DNA of 64,000 nt from the human T2T-CHM13v2.0 reference genome, Homo sapiens. The first letter of the stretch is position 1. Every line of letters starts with the position of its first letter. The notes beneath the pieces are model-generated. The model saw only the letters and a list, made by a program, of their open reading frames with translations. It was not told the origin of the DNA and searched no databases. Made by a program: the position numbers and the translations under genes. The stretch is taken from assembly GCF_009914755.1 (NCBI RefSeq), contig NC_060929.1; one strand, 5' to 3'. Shown one piece after another: positions 29,314 to 42,215 of the stretch.

Positions 29314-29740
29314 TTGTCTTAGTTTGGATTTCCCAGAAACAGAACTTAAGACAAAGATTTGAATGAAAATAGTTTATTTGAAAGGTGCAAACAAAACAAG
29401 GGGAGGGGAAGTGAGACAAGGAGTCAATGAAGGTTTCTTATCAAGCAATTTACATGTGGATGATTAGAACCTAAACTCATGGGAGAAACTCTAGAACATG
29501 GTATAGAACAAGCAGCTCAGTTATCCCACCTGAGGGGTGAAGCTGGGGTATCGTTATCAATGCTATCAGTCACTGTGGGGAGGGCTGTGGGAAGGTAGGT
29601 GTTAATTCCCTGGCACTTCAAGGCTTATAGGCAGAACAGTTTCTGTGTCTTCTGAGAAAACCCTCAGGCAAAAAGTTGCAGATCCTGGTAGCTGGAAATG
29701 GTGAGGCCCCAGAGGTTATGGCAAGCACCCACATTTTGGC
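29314..29740 (-). mobile_element. LTR16-type ERVL LTR
   Basis: tgtcttagtttggatttcccagaaacagaacttaagacaaagatttg terminus. Confidence 0.65.
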
Positions 29741-29921
29741 TATACCCATAATTGCTAACTTTATTTAGAAACTTAAGACTGAATGCCATTTACCATTTTG
29801 ATAGACAACTGTTCCTTCCTCATACTAGGTTTATACACTGTATATATCATGGGAAGAAGGCAAAATATATTAGGAAACTCCAAATCCTGAATCCCAGTTC
29901 TCATTCCCAACCTGCATTGAG

Positions 29922-30227
29922 TTTTTTGTTTGTTTGCTTGTTTGTTTTTTTCTGAGACAAGGTCTTCTTCTGTCACCCAGGCTGGAGTTCAGTGGTGCAA
30001 TCAGGGCTCACTGCAGCCTTGGCCTCTCAGACTCAAGTGATCCTCCCACCTCAGCCCCCAGCCCCCTGAATAGCTGGGACTACAGGCATGTGCCACCACA
30101 CCAGGCTAATTGTTTTTGAATTTTTAGTAGAGACGAGGTCTCATTGTATTGCTCAGAGCTCAAGTGATCTGCCCACCTAGGCCTCCCAAAGTGCTGGGAT
30201 TATAAGTGTTAGCCACCATGCCTGGCC
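29922..30227 (-). mobile_element. Alu (AluJ)
   Basis: Reverse Alu with internal deletion. Confidence 0.9.
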
Positions 30228-30254
30228 TGGGATTTTCAGTGGGGAAGAAAAAAA

Positions 30255-30363
30255 TTTACATCACAGTACAGTCTACAGTCTTTTGATTGAATGACCCGTT
30301 CTCCAATTGCAGATATTCTGGAAGGGCTTGGGATTTGGATCCAAGAACCACCTCCAACAATTA
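30255..30363 (-). pseudogene. Pseudo-exon, probable last coding exon (frame uncertain)
   Basis: Strong acceptor ttttcccccctccccctccag|T. Phase-1 reading gives VIVGGGSWIQIPSPSRISAIGERVIQSKDCRLYCD; the other frames are also largely open; 3' end unclear. Confidence 0.45.
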
Positions 30364-31013
30364 CTGGAGGGGGAGGGGGGAAAAGCTTTATTCATTTGTG
30401 CTGAGAAGAAGACCGGTAGGAATTACAGTCTTCATTGCTTATGATTATACCCTGTTGTTATAATTTGCTTCTAGATCATTCATTGTTATAATGGGGAAGA
30501 ATCCACGTTTACATATAAAGGCATGCATTGTGCCTTTACATAATAATAATGATAATTAACATTTATATAGTGCCTGCTATGTGCCAGGCACTGGTAGTAA
30601 CAGCATAGCCTCCTAAGGCTGGCAGGGTACAATCTTAGAATTTTAGCATTAGAAGGGACTTTGGGGCTAACTGTCCAACCCTGCCTGGTCTAGGGCAGAC
30701 AAGTCACTTGTCTGAGGTCATGCAGCTAGTTAGTGGTAGAATCAGGATGAGGACCCAAGTCTTCTGACCCCTGGTCTACAGCTGTCTCTGCTAGATCCAC
30801 CACCTCTCTGACTCCATGGGATAGGCAGAAGAAACACGTATGTAGTGGAGTTTCTGTTTTCATTAAGTAGTTCTTGCCTTTTGAATTTAGTCTTTGCTTC
30901 TACATTTAGAGGCAATGAACCCTCAGCCCAGGTTTGTAAGACGGTTCCATGCCTGGAGAAAGGAATGACCTGTGGAGAGGTTGTTCCTGCTCTCTAGTCA
31001 CAGCCAAACCTAC

Positions 31014-31191
31014 CTTCTCAGCTCTTCATTAGCTCCAAACTACAGGGTCTGTGGGAGGCACCAGCTTGTAAGCCACAGACACCTGCAGGTAGAAAGGCAG
31101 GGGTGTCAGCGTAGATGTGAAGACAGTGCATTTGTACAGTGTCAAAACTCCCGTCTGGAATGATCTTCTCAGCCGACTCCAAAGTGAGGCA
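31014..31191 (-). pseudogene. Pseudo-exon (178 nt)
   Basis: Acceptor tttctcctctatctccccttcagtag|, donor GAAG|gtaggt; CLTLESAEKIIPDGSFDTVQMHCLHIYADTPAFLPAGVCGLQAGASHRPCSLELMKS*E. Confidence 0.65.
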
Positions 31192-31395
31192 CTACTGAAG
31201 GGGAGATAGAGGAGAAATTTGTGTCATAGGACAGTGTCAGTGGCTTAGTTAATCACTTGGCTTGCCTCTCATTGTTGGGGATAACCTTGAGGAATTAATC
31301 TACTGTGGCAAGGTTCCAGAACACTTTTTTAAAACACAGTTACAGTCATACCTCATAATAGAGCTCTGCCTTGTATAGAATGGATTCTTTAGAGC

Positions 31396-31624
31396 CAGGG
31401 TTAACAAACTTTTTTTTGTAACAGGTCAGACAATACATATTTTGTTCACTTTTATTTCTATTTACGGGGTCTTTCTTGCAACTACTCAGCTCCACCATTG
31501 TAGAGCAAAAGCAGCCACAGGCTATATGTGAATAAATGTGCATGATTGCTTTTCAATAAAACTTTATTTATGGATACAAGGTGAGGGCCAAATGTGGTCC
31601 ATGGGCTGTGGTTTGCTGAACCTG
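31396..31624. mobile_element. MER58A-type hAT-Charlie element
   Basis: cagggttaacaaact...caactactcagctccaccattgtagagcaaaagcagccacag...ggtttgctgaacctg. Confidence 0.8.
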
Positions 31625-31694
31625 CTTTAGAGTGCTGGAAACCCAAGCCTTTAGATAGGGAGCTCCAGCAGGCCTGCTGCTTTCTTTTGTTTGC

Positions 31695-31889
31695 CTGCTC
31701 TATGGTCTCCTCATTCATCACTGACATTGTGAACATTCTCTTTTCCTGCTGAAATTCTCTTGTTTCCTGGCAAATAGCTTGATTCAATTCTCAAGCACCA
31801 GCAAAGACTGGGTTGTTGTAATGGTTGAAATGTATGCTGCCACTAGAGAAAGTGCAGTGGAGTTAGCTTCAGTAGTTGCTGGAGTCACT
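31695..31889 (-). pseudogene. Pseudo-exon (195 nt, phase 0-0)
   Basis: ttag|AGT...CAG|gcaaac; 65 codons SDSSNY*S*LHCTFSSGSIHFNHYNNPVFAGA*ELNQAICQETREFQQEKRMFTMSVMNEETIEQ. Confidence 0.6.
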
Positions 31890-32118
31890 CTAATTGTAAA
31901 TAATCTTGAGAAGATAAAGACATCACCAAATAAACTCTCCATTTTGATGTAGATAATAGGCAATAATAACTATGTATATTCAAAATACATAAACAGAAAG
32001 CTTTATAGACCTGATCCATACCCCATTCTGCTCATATTTTAAAGTAGTGACAATAGCTCTGTTATAAAGAAAAAACAAGACTCAATTGTTATCAAGAGCA
32101 ACTATTTTCATATAATTA

Positions 32119-32460
32119 CAGTAGAAACTCTCTTGTCCAGTCCAATTTGGATTTGTTAGTTGATTGTAGAAGTTAAGGGGATGATATTCACGTAGATTTT
32201 ATTATATATTTTTTCACTTCAAAATAGCAATGGGAACTTTTTTAAAAAAATGAGAGCCCACCAATTGGAGTTCTTGGTAATCCTTCAAGCACAAACTGCA
32301 GCCCCAGTGCATGATCAAAGTGCAGAATGCTTCTAGATTTCCCCATCTTTTAGAGTTGCAGCAATTGTTTTTCAGAATGACCTTTATGGAGTTATTCTAA
32401 AGCAATCACCTTAGTTTTTACAGAAACTTTTTCTTGTTGTACTTGTATTTCATTCATCTA
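32119..32460 (-). mobile_element. Tigger-family DNA transposon fragment
   Basis: Minus strand reads like a Tigger transposase N-terminus (VSVKTKVIALE*LHKG...); cagtagaaactctctt terminus at about 32119. Confidence 0.55.
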
Positions 32461-32628
32461 CAAAATAAAAAATCATGTGATCAAAACAGTGACCAGGACT
32501 GTCACAACGGCCTCATTGTAACTGTGCACTCTACACACACTCCACATTAGCAGGGAGGGTGGAAGTGGGTGGGGGAGGTGATGCACCAGGGCCATACAGA
32601 GAGTGCATCCCCAGCCAGCCCAAGCTAC

Positions 32629-33145
32629 CTTCAGGGTCAGTGTCGTATGTTTGACAGAGGGAATGGAGGCCATTGGTCTACTCAGGAAGTACCTTAGTGT
32701 ATTAGTCCATTCTCACACTGCTATAAAGAACTGCCAGAGACTAAGTAATTTATAAAGAAAAGAGTTTTAATTGACTCACAGTTCTGCATGGCTGGGGAGG
32801 CCTCAGGAAACACAATCATGGCAGAAGGCGAAGCAGGCACCTGCTTCACAAGGCAGCAGGAGAGAGAAGAGAAAGTGAAGGGGGAAGAGCCCCTTATAAA
32901 ATCATCAGATCTCTTGGGGACTCACTCATTATCACCAGAACAGCATTGGGGCACCTGCCCCCATGATTCAATCACCTCCGTCCCACAACTTGTGGGAATT
33001 ACAATTCGAGATGAGATCTGGATGTGGACACAGAGCCAAACCATATCACTTAGGTAGACTTTCTTTTGCTCACCATGATTTAGTTCCAACTGATGAAATT
33101 CTTTCCAGCGAATGACCCTCCAGTCATCGCTAAAGCCTGAATCTT
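32629..33145 (-). pseudogene. Pseudo-exon (161 nt after LTR removal, phase 1-0) split by a MaLR LTR
   Basis: tcattacag|AA...CTGAAG|gtagct. Removing the LTR and one TSD copy gives a stop-free frame EDSGFSDDWRVIRWKEFHQLELNHGEQKKVYLRYFLSRPMASIPSVKHTTLTLK. Confidence 0.72.
32698..33048 (-). mobile_element. THE1D/MSTA-type MaLR solo LTR
   Basis: tgtattagtcc...ccaaaccatatca termini; perfect TSD CTTAG at 32693-32697 and 33049-33053. Confidence 0.93.
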
Positions 33146-33771
33146 CTGTAATGACACACATATGTAAAAATTAGAGTGATCAGTAAACTCAGCATTTCAA
33201 AAAAAAAAGTAAATATTTGCATAGCTTAATTATATGCCAGCTGCATTTCAAGCACTTAGAAACAAGAACACTTTTACTCCTCTTAACATCCGTTTGAAGT
33301 AGGTATTCCACATGATCATCTTGCAGTGCTCAAGTTTCTTGACTGAGCCAGAAAGAGGTTAAGTAACAGTCAGGGTTAGAACCAAGGCAGGCTGGGCTGG
33401 AGTCTTTTTCTTGGCCGCATCTCATTTCTGCTTTTCCAGGCTGAAGTTGCTCTACAGAAGGAGGGTTGGAGACATGACCCAAGTGAATACTCTGACACAC
33501 AAATCTTTTACATCTTATAGTCGATTCCAATGAGCACACATGATAGGTTCTCAGCAAAATGTATCAGGAGGTATCAGCCTAGGGGAAGTAAGAGGTGAGC
33601 ACACCTTCCCAAATTATCCAGCTCCTCAAGGAAAAAAATGCTTGACTTAGTGGTCATGGTGGACTTCCTGCCAGGAATGAGGTTTTGTCAGGGCATGGAA
33701 AGCCCTAGGTAGGAGTTTACCAAGCCTATGTCATCCTTAGCCATGTCACTTTGAAACTCCAGTAAATTTAC

Positions 33772-33968
33772 CTTTTGTAGATATATTGCCATTATGAAGC
33801 TATATCTCTGGATTGAATATCTGAGTTTGGGATACTTTGCCATCGGCACCATCTTGCTATAGTTTACACAGATTATAAAATAGTGAGTAGACATCACTCC
33901 TGAATAGCGACTTTGCGTCTATGAGATGGTGACCAATGTGTGAATATACGCAGGCAGTCATGTCCAAT
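33772..33968 (-). pseudogene. Pseudo-exon (197 nt, phase 2-1)
   Basis: cccctctcagtctgtttag|A...AAAAG|gtaaat; LDMTACVYSHIGHHLIDAKSLFRSDVYSLFYNLCKL*QDGADGKVSQTQIFNPEI*LHNGNISTK, no frameshift. Confidence 0.72.
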
Positions 33969-34398
33969 CTAAACAGACTGAGAGGGGATTGAACACAGCA
34001 GGCCTGGCCAGAGCCTACCACAGGGCCCTGACAAAATAAAGTACTTGACTGATATATTAAATGGTATTCATCAACTTCAGACAAGAGGGCCTATGAGGGC
34101 AATGATAGAAACACAGGAAATTGACAGATTATGATAACAATAGCTTTGTATTTGTATGGCACTTTGGTTTACAAAATTCTTGTCTCCCAAGATCACTGTT
34201 GCTAACAATGTGATTAGTTCTAGGTAATAGATCTTGAAGCCAGGTAGATGTACTTTACAATCCTACCTCCTAGATTTGTGACCTTGGTCAGTTTCCATAA
34301 TCTTCCTGAGCTTCAGTTTTTTTCTTTCATGTGTAAAATGGGGATAAATCATTTACCTTTTGGGGTTTTATGGTTTATGGCATATAATGCTACTATGA

Positions 34399-34761
<363 letters not shown>

Positions 34762-36469
34762 AAGACAAGCATATTTCTATTTAATGACTGGTAAGGCAGA
34801 GGCATCATCTAGTTGGAATGAACTCCCAACCAGTCAGAAGGAAATTGATCCATGTTCTAAGCTGAGATGTGGAAATGAGTATCTTTTATGCCCTAAGTGG
34901 GGCAATGACAAATCAACGTGATTTTGCTAATCAGTCATTAATGTTTACATATCTGTGTATTCATTTAGCAATTGTTTATTTAATTACCATATGCCAGGTA
35001 TTGTGCTAACTTCTGGGAACACAGTGAGTGAGAAATATAATAATTTCTCTGAAACCCATTAACGCTTTGGAAAATTCCAAAGATATAATGATTCCTGTTG
35101 GAAATAGAAATTACTTAGTTTGTAATTTAACTATATTAGATTTAAATCATCTGATTACAGATTACAGAACTAATTATAAAGCTGAAAGGTACATTATGAA
35201 CTGCTTTTTCAGTGTAATTTCTTAATATAGATTTTTATTAATGTAGTTTTATATAAATGAAAATTCACTGCACAGGTTAGATGGTCTGCAGATTTAAAAA
35301 AACTGTTAAAGATAAAAGGGCTTTAATATGTGGTAAGGCTGTTTTATTGTATTATCCAATTTTCATGACATCTTCTAGGACTTTCAATATAATTAGTAAA
35401 ATAGCTGTAACTTTTGGGGTTATGAAAGAAAGGTGGTCAGTTTCAAAACTGGAAAATGGAAAAAACATATTGCCAGGAAAGATAGGGTCTCCACTGTGAT
35501 ATAATCTATTATGCATATTATTATTCTAGCCATCTGATCAAATAGAAGGCCCTCCTTTCACAATTGTACTTTAACTAGAAAAACTAAATGATTTCATAAA
35601 ACTTTATAATAGCCAAGAGTTTGACTGAATAGTTCACATTTAAGATTTGAGAGTGGAGTTTTGAGCTCCTAACGCTTTGGTTCATGAGCTGAGAAAATAT
35701 AGGTCTCTTACCAATTATTGGAGAGAAGTGGTATTGTTCAGTTACATAATGAAGCTTAGGACAGACTAAATGCTAATTTTCTTGTGGTAAAAGACTCTCA
35801 GACTATAAGAAAGGAGATAACAAATATTTGTTTTTTCTTTAACAAGTTACATATTTCAGTTGTCTAGACAATATTAAATTAACCAAATTGTTGAGCAACT
35901 GCTTCTCTGGCTCTGTAGACCAGACATGTGTTGTTTCTTCAATATTGGGGTGGTTTTGAGTGGTAGGGAAAGCACTGTGTTATAAGGTAGAAGCAAGCCC
36001 CAAGTAGAAGCTACCCCACCCTCATGTCCTATAATTGGGTCTGTGATCACCACATGCTTTTATGAGGGTAACCTTAGAGAAACCCTCTGTGGCTCATCTC
36101 CTTATTAATCCAATTCCTGCCCTTATGGGGGAGTGGGAATAGGAAGTCTTCCTTTGGTGGTACAAAGCAGAACCTCTTTAAACTCAGGTCTCATAGCAAA
36201 CCAGCCTCCCTGACACCCCTCTTCCTCTACTCTTGCCTCTTTCTTTTATGATATCATCTTCCTTTCAGTTTGCTAAGCTTGTATCCTGGAGTCATCTTTA
36301 ATTCCTTTCCTCTCCTTCTCTACCTGCTAATTCTTCTTCCTTGGCAATTACTCTTTCTTTCCCCCCCCCAACATTTCAGTTTCCAGGTCTTATTTCAGAT
36401 TCTTTTTACTTGAAACCTGTAATAGGCTCCTAACTAGCTTACTTTCAGTGTTTCTGATTCATACCCATC

Positions 36470-36780
36470 TGTATTAGTCGGAGTAAGCTAGATAATGCTG
36501 CAGCAACAAGCAGCCACAAACCTCAATGGCTTGAAACAAATGTGGTTCATGCTACACTGCCATGGTAGATTATAAGAGACTGATCTCTGAAGCATCTTTA
36601 CTGAGTGACCCAAGCTCCACTACTTAGAATTTTGTCAGTTTCTGATAGAGGAGGAAAGTGGACAGAAGGATCTCACACTGACAAATGTTCTGTTCAAGAA
36701 ATGACACTAACTTCCACTCACAACCATTGGCCAGAACGAGTCACATGGCAGAAACATGTAAACCTCTCATGGGCTTGGAA
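36470..36780 (-). mobile_element. MLT1-type MaLR LTR
   Basis: tgtattagtcggagtaagctagataatgctgcagcaacaa...ccattggccagaacgagtcacatggc. Confidence 0.65.
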
Positions 36781-37154
36781 CGCATGGAGAAATGGATATC
36801 GGATATCCTACACTGAAGGCAAGAATTCTATAATGAAGACTAGGGATATACAAGGAAGGCCAGGGTCCTGCATTCAAGACTAAGTTTCTCCAAAGAAGGC
36901 CAAGGTCCTCTAAGGAAGGCCACGGTAGTCTCCTCAAAGCACTCCATTACTTAAAGTCTTTTGGCAGTTCCCACTATCAAACAGCCCAGAATGTAAGGAT
37001 CTCTAACATTTAATGAATAGCCAATATTTGTGAAGCACTTACTCTGTCAGGCACTTTGCTAGGTTCTTTATACCCATTATCTTAGCTCACAACAGTTATT
37101 CAGGTGGACATTATTACCCACATTTGACAGATGAGCAAACTGAGCATTAAAGAG

Positions 37155-37556
37155 TGTCTTAGTTTGGATTTTTCCAAAATCAGACCACAGAGATGAAGAC
37201 TTGGGTGCCAGGAAGCCCAAGGAAGGGTCGGGGTAGAGGGTCAGTAATGTGATGAGTGAGTCACCACTGTGAGCAGCTGGGGCTCAGCACAGCTGCAGAC
37301 CCTCTGAGAGCCTGTAGAACAGCGCTCCGCACTGTGGGCTAAGGAGCTGGACTAGTTTTCCACCGATTCCTATCCCTCCTTGGTTGAGACTTGTTCTTGA
37401 GATGTTAACTCCCCAGCAAGTCCACCTGCCCTGCCACAGTAGCCAAGCACAAGCTGTCAGCCAGGATATACCCATAAGCAGAGGCGAGGAAGCTTCAGTT
37501 TTCTGGAACTGTGCCGATAACCCCGACAGGATATGAGCATTGACAGCACATGTTAC
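37155..37556 (-). mobile_element. LTR16-type ERVL LTR inserted in a MIR
   Basis: tgtcttagtttggatttttccaaaatcagacc terminus, flanked by MIR halves. Confidence 0.6.
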
Positions 37557-37889
37557 AGAACAGTGCAGTGAGCAAGATTTAAACCCAGTCTTGTTCCAAA
37601 ACCCACTATCTGTTCACCCTGACCTCTTACTACTTGCTACTACTGGAGATAGCTCTGTGCTCTAACCAAAAAAAAAATGGATTACTGACCTCTCTCCAAA
37701 CCATCTTGTCCTTTTCCTTCTCAATCCCTTTTTTCATGCCGTTTCTTCTTCCACTTGGAGTTCCCTTTGCCTCTGGCCTCCAATTCAAATTCCGTCTGTG
37801 CTCTGCCCAGCTCAGTTGCTTTCTCCATGAATGAAGCCCTTTTTGCCCTCTGGGATGCTGCCTCTCTCCTTTAAAACCCTACAGGGGTC

Positions 37890-38204
<315 letters not shown>

Positions 38205-38512
38205 TTATGCTCCTGCCACACTCACTCTGTGGTGTCTCGCATAGCAGGGATACACTTAGAGATCTTTTTCTGGATTAGACTGTAGACTCCTTGGGGGCAT
38301 GGACTGTATTTTATTAAGTTGCTTCAAATATTTGGTGGAATAAGGCAGGTAAATATGACTGTAAATGTGCACACAATATCCATATGCATATTCATTTCAT
38401 TTTCGGCCCATGTTGGCTGACCTTCCCAAAGGTCACACTGAAGTCTGGATTTGGGGAGGAGAAGGTTTTCTGTTTCTCTGCTTCCTGCACCACTACCAGC
38501 TTCTCTACTCAC

Positions 38513-38553
38513 CCAACCTCTGGCATCTGTGTGGCCACTTGCAGTTTCCACTC
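38513..38553 (-). pseudogene. Pseudo-exon (41 nt, phase 0-2)
   Basis: ctccctcttctgttcctactcag|GAG...GG|gtgagt (consensus sites); EWKLQVATQMPEV(G). Confidence 0.72.
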
Positions 38554-38882
38554 CTGAGTAGGAACAGAAGAGGGAGCTGACTCATGAGGGCAGGGTGGTT
38601 TCCAGCAATTTGCAGCAGGTTCCTCTCCACGTGTCTCCACGTGTCTTATCTGGAAATGTGTACCTGTCATTATTCCCATTAGAAATAGAAGTGGAATGAA
38701 AATGGTTTGCTCAATTCTGATGACATGACAAAGAGAATGCAATTAACCTTAAGGAAAATTGCCCAGAAACCTGACACTCTCAGCCATATGCCAAGGATTG
38801 CTAATGATTAGGAGGTGACAAAAACCTTTGGCTTTGTTTGGTTCAGGGCTAGAAAAAGGAAGCAACTCTTCAGGGCTGTCAC

Positions 38883-39086
38883 CTGGTATTCAGAGTTGCA
38901 CTTTTCATAGTCTAAGAAAAATGGCATGGACCGAAGAGGGAAATTCCACCTGGCTCTTCCTCGCTTACATGTTTCTGAAGAATGGCTTTTAGATTTCTAT
39001 TGCACTGCAGAGCTCTGCGTCAAGAAGTAACAGCACAATCAATGGCCCCAGCCTCGTCCATGGAGTCACTTTCTGGGTTTTGCAAC
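38883..39086 (-). pseudogene. Pseudo-exon (204 nt, phase 2-0, one frameshift)
   Basis: cttcacag|G...TACCAG|gtgaca; LQNPESDSMDEAGAIDCAVTS*RRALQCNRNLKAILQKHVSEEEP-fs-FPLRSMPFFLDYEKCNSEYQ. Confidence 0.65.
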
Positions 39087-39384
39087 CTGTGAAGTTTTCT
39101 AACATGGTAACCCCAACCCCTGCTTGTTAATATTGACCTTCAGTTTGAAATGCTGAGCCCAAGACAGAAACTTCTGGCCACAGATGGTGATTCACTCTAA
39201 CCAAAGATAAGTGGCCTTTCTCATTTTCCCCCCAGATGTGCAGAAACAGAATATTCCTAATCAAATCCTTAACAATGTCTTATCACATTACTTGCTTCAA
39301 TAATTTCCTGCACAGCAAATTTATAAGTTAATTATACAGTAGACAAAAAAAAGCATTTTCTTTTATCTGTGTTAAATGAGTTGC

Positions 39385-39477
39385 CTTCTGATTTCATTGT
39401 CCACTCCTTTGTTCTTACATGGCTAAGAGTTTGTTTGAGGAATGGCTTTGTCGTGTTTCATGTGTTTGTCACTGCTG
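39385..39477 (-). pseudogene. Pseudo-exon (93 nt, phase 2-2)
   Basis: ttttccttttaaacttttcatttaag|C...AGAAG|gcaact; SSDKHMKHDKAIPQTNS*PCKNKGVDNEIR(R). Confidence 0.55.
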
Positions 39478-40041
39478 CTTAAATGAAAAGTTTAAAAGGA
39501 AAACATTGAAAAAGTTGGCTGCCCAGTGGCGGTCTCTTGCAAGTACAGGTAACCTAAAAGTTTGCTTTCATCTTCCAGGTTTTGAAATCATCCCATTTGT
39601 TAATCACATGTGTTCCCCAGTTCGCTGCTGAATGCTAACTGAACACCCAGGTCTTGAGTTGATATTATTCCTGTATCAAAATTGCACAACTATTCCAGGT
39701 ATACTAAAGGGATAGTACCCACCTGTACACATAGAGGCAATTTAAGTATACTATGCAAAAGTATGTGTTCCTATCATGAAAATTTTGTATAAATAGCTGT
39801 AAGAAGATTGATCAGGGCTGGGGGTTGGGTGGCATGTGTGATTAATCAAGGAGAACTTTCTGGAGGAGTTAAATTTTGTGGCAATGTTGGAAGGAAAAGA
39901 CAGCATAAAGAGCCATGTGAACAACTATAATTATTACACTAGATGAGGTAAGTCAGAGTTTCTATGGGGAACCATTAATCATCACAAAAAATTTCCTGCT
40001 CTGTCTATTTTCTTCCCCATGGAACATAAAACAGAGTTATC

Positions 40042-40197
40042 CTGGTGAAAAGCAGCTTCACTGGAAATGTCTTTTCCTGTTTTCTGTTTGTTTGTTTTTA
40101 GGTTGCAGCTTTTATTTCTGCCATTGAGACTCTGACTCCATATGTTTTTCATTTCCACTTGGAGGAGTTTGAAATGCTATTGCCTGAGAACTCTAGT
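40042..40197 (-). pseudogene. Pseudo-exon (156 nt, phase 2-2, donor decayed)
   Basis: cttattag|A CTA GAG...ACC AG|gataac; LEFSGNSISNSSKWK*KTYGVRVSMAEIKAAT*KQTNRKQEKTFPVKLLFT; weak splice sites. Confidence 0.42.
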
Positions 40198-40560
40198 CTA
40201 ATAAGGGTTTTTACTTTTAACCTTTTAATTCATCTGGTGCTTCAAACTATGAAGACCCTTGACTTTCTAATCTGGGCAGTATAGCAGTTGTTTTTGTATG
40301 AAAGAACATAGGATTTGAATCAGAAAACATGGGCTTGAGTTCCAGTTCCTATGCCAGTCTCAGCTGTGTCATCAAGATGGAATCTTCAACCTTTCTGAAC
40401 TTTGGTTTTCTTGTTTGTAAAGTAAATTAAATAAGGATAACAATACTTATTGCCCACAGAATTACAGTGAGGATTAAATTTAGTCATGTGCATTGTATAA
40501 ATTTTAAGTGGCTTTAAAACAATGATCAATGCTATTATTGTACTGGCACAGTATGGAGAC

Positions 40561-40601
40561 TTGGCTGACAAGAATTCCTCCTTTAAGGACTTCTTCCATT
40601 C
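40561..40601 (-). pseudogene. Pseudo-exon (41 nt, phase 0-2)
   Basis: gtatttcag|GAA...GCC AA|gtctcc; EWKKSLKEEFLSA(K); same length, phase and EWK start as the 38513-38553 exon. Confidence 0.65.
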
Positions 40602-41089
40602 CTGAAATACTTTAATCATAAACAGTTATCCACACACACAAAATGTGAAAACATATTTTTTCCTTAGCTGTTTTCCTTTACTAGTTCCCCAAAGTATATG
40701 GTTCTTCAAGATACAAATGGTGGAGTTGCAGGTTTTATAGGGTTATATATAGGGTTATATATTGCATTATATAAAAATTATGTAATAAATCAACATTACT
40801 CTTGAAAATCTTTATTATGATTATTCATATAGCGTATGTGATTTGGTGTCTACACATATGACTTTCATGTTGGGAGCCTGGGAGCCATTTGTAGGAAAAA
40901 TATGTCCCTTTAAACACCAAAATCTCACTCAGGATTTGAATGTCACACTGGCAGATGCACATAGGAATTAAGACCTATTAAGGAACAGTAAATTCAGGAC
41001 TCCTGGCTCATACTCACTCCAGGTGCTCACTCATTAAGCACCCTCTATATTACTGTTTCTTTCTTTTTAAAATTACTCTACTAACCAGC

Positions 41090-41580
41090 TATTGCTTTAT
41101 GGAAAACCACACCAAAACTCAATGATTTGTAAGAGTTATCATCTATTCTCACTCATGTCTCTGCAGATTGGTGGGGGTCAGGCTGATCTAGGCTGGACTC
41201 AACAAGGCAGTGGTGTTTCAAGCTGCAGGTTCTCATGGGCTTGGACTCCTTGTTATAGGTTAAACTCCGGTCTATTCCACATATGTCTATTCTGGGACCC
41301 AGGCCAAGGGGGCATCAGTTTCTCATGGCAATGACAGAGGCAAAAGAGGGAAGCCCAAGTGTGCAAGAACACTTCAAGCATCAAACCTGCTAACATCTCA
41401 TTGGTCAAATCAGGTAATATCTCTAAATTTAAACATAAGGAGTGGGGACATATATATACCTTGCTTACTATGAAGCCAAAGCAAATAATATGGCCATCCC
41501 CAGTGTGAAAGAGGCTGAGAAGTATGCTCCTTCCATTTTGGGGCAGGAGATTAAATACTTTTTATCAGTAATCTAACCTA
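41090..41580 (-). mobile_element. MLT1-type MaLR LTR
   Basis: aaaaccacaccaaaactcaatg...ttctcactcatgtctctgcag...acatctcattggtcaaatcagg. Confidence 0.6.
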
Positions 41581-41864
41581 CCCCTATAGCCAAGTGCATA
41601 TAGTTGAGTTTCTATAAGTAAATACACAGGTGTTGTATAATTTTATAGTATAAGCATAGAAGGTCCAATACCCCTCTCCAATGCTGAAATGACATTGCAG
41701 ATGATGGTCACAGGGTGATGCTCCCATACATCATCATTTTCATTGTTAAAAAAAAAATTAGAAAGGCTATAGGTTTTACAGGTTTACCTTGGTTCTAGCT
41801 ATAAATTTACCATTCATCTCCCTTTCCAGAAAGTATATAATAATTTGAATCCAAATGATATTAA

Positions 41865-42215
<351 letters not shown>

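Noticed and set aside
32260-32457. Exon-like segment with a strong minus-strand acceptor followed by ATG
   Set aside because: The sequence resembles a Tigger transposase fragment, and the flanking pseudo-exons join in phase 0 without it, so it is not part of the ancestral coding gene.
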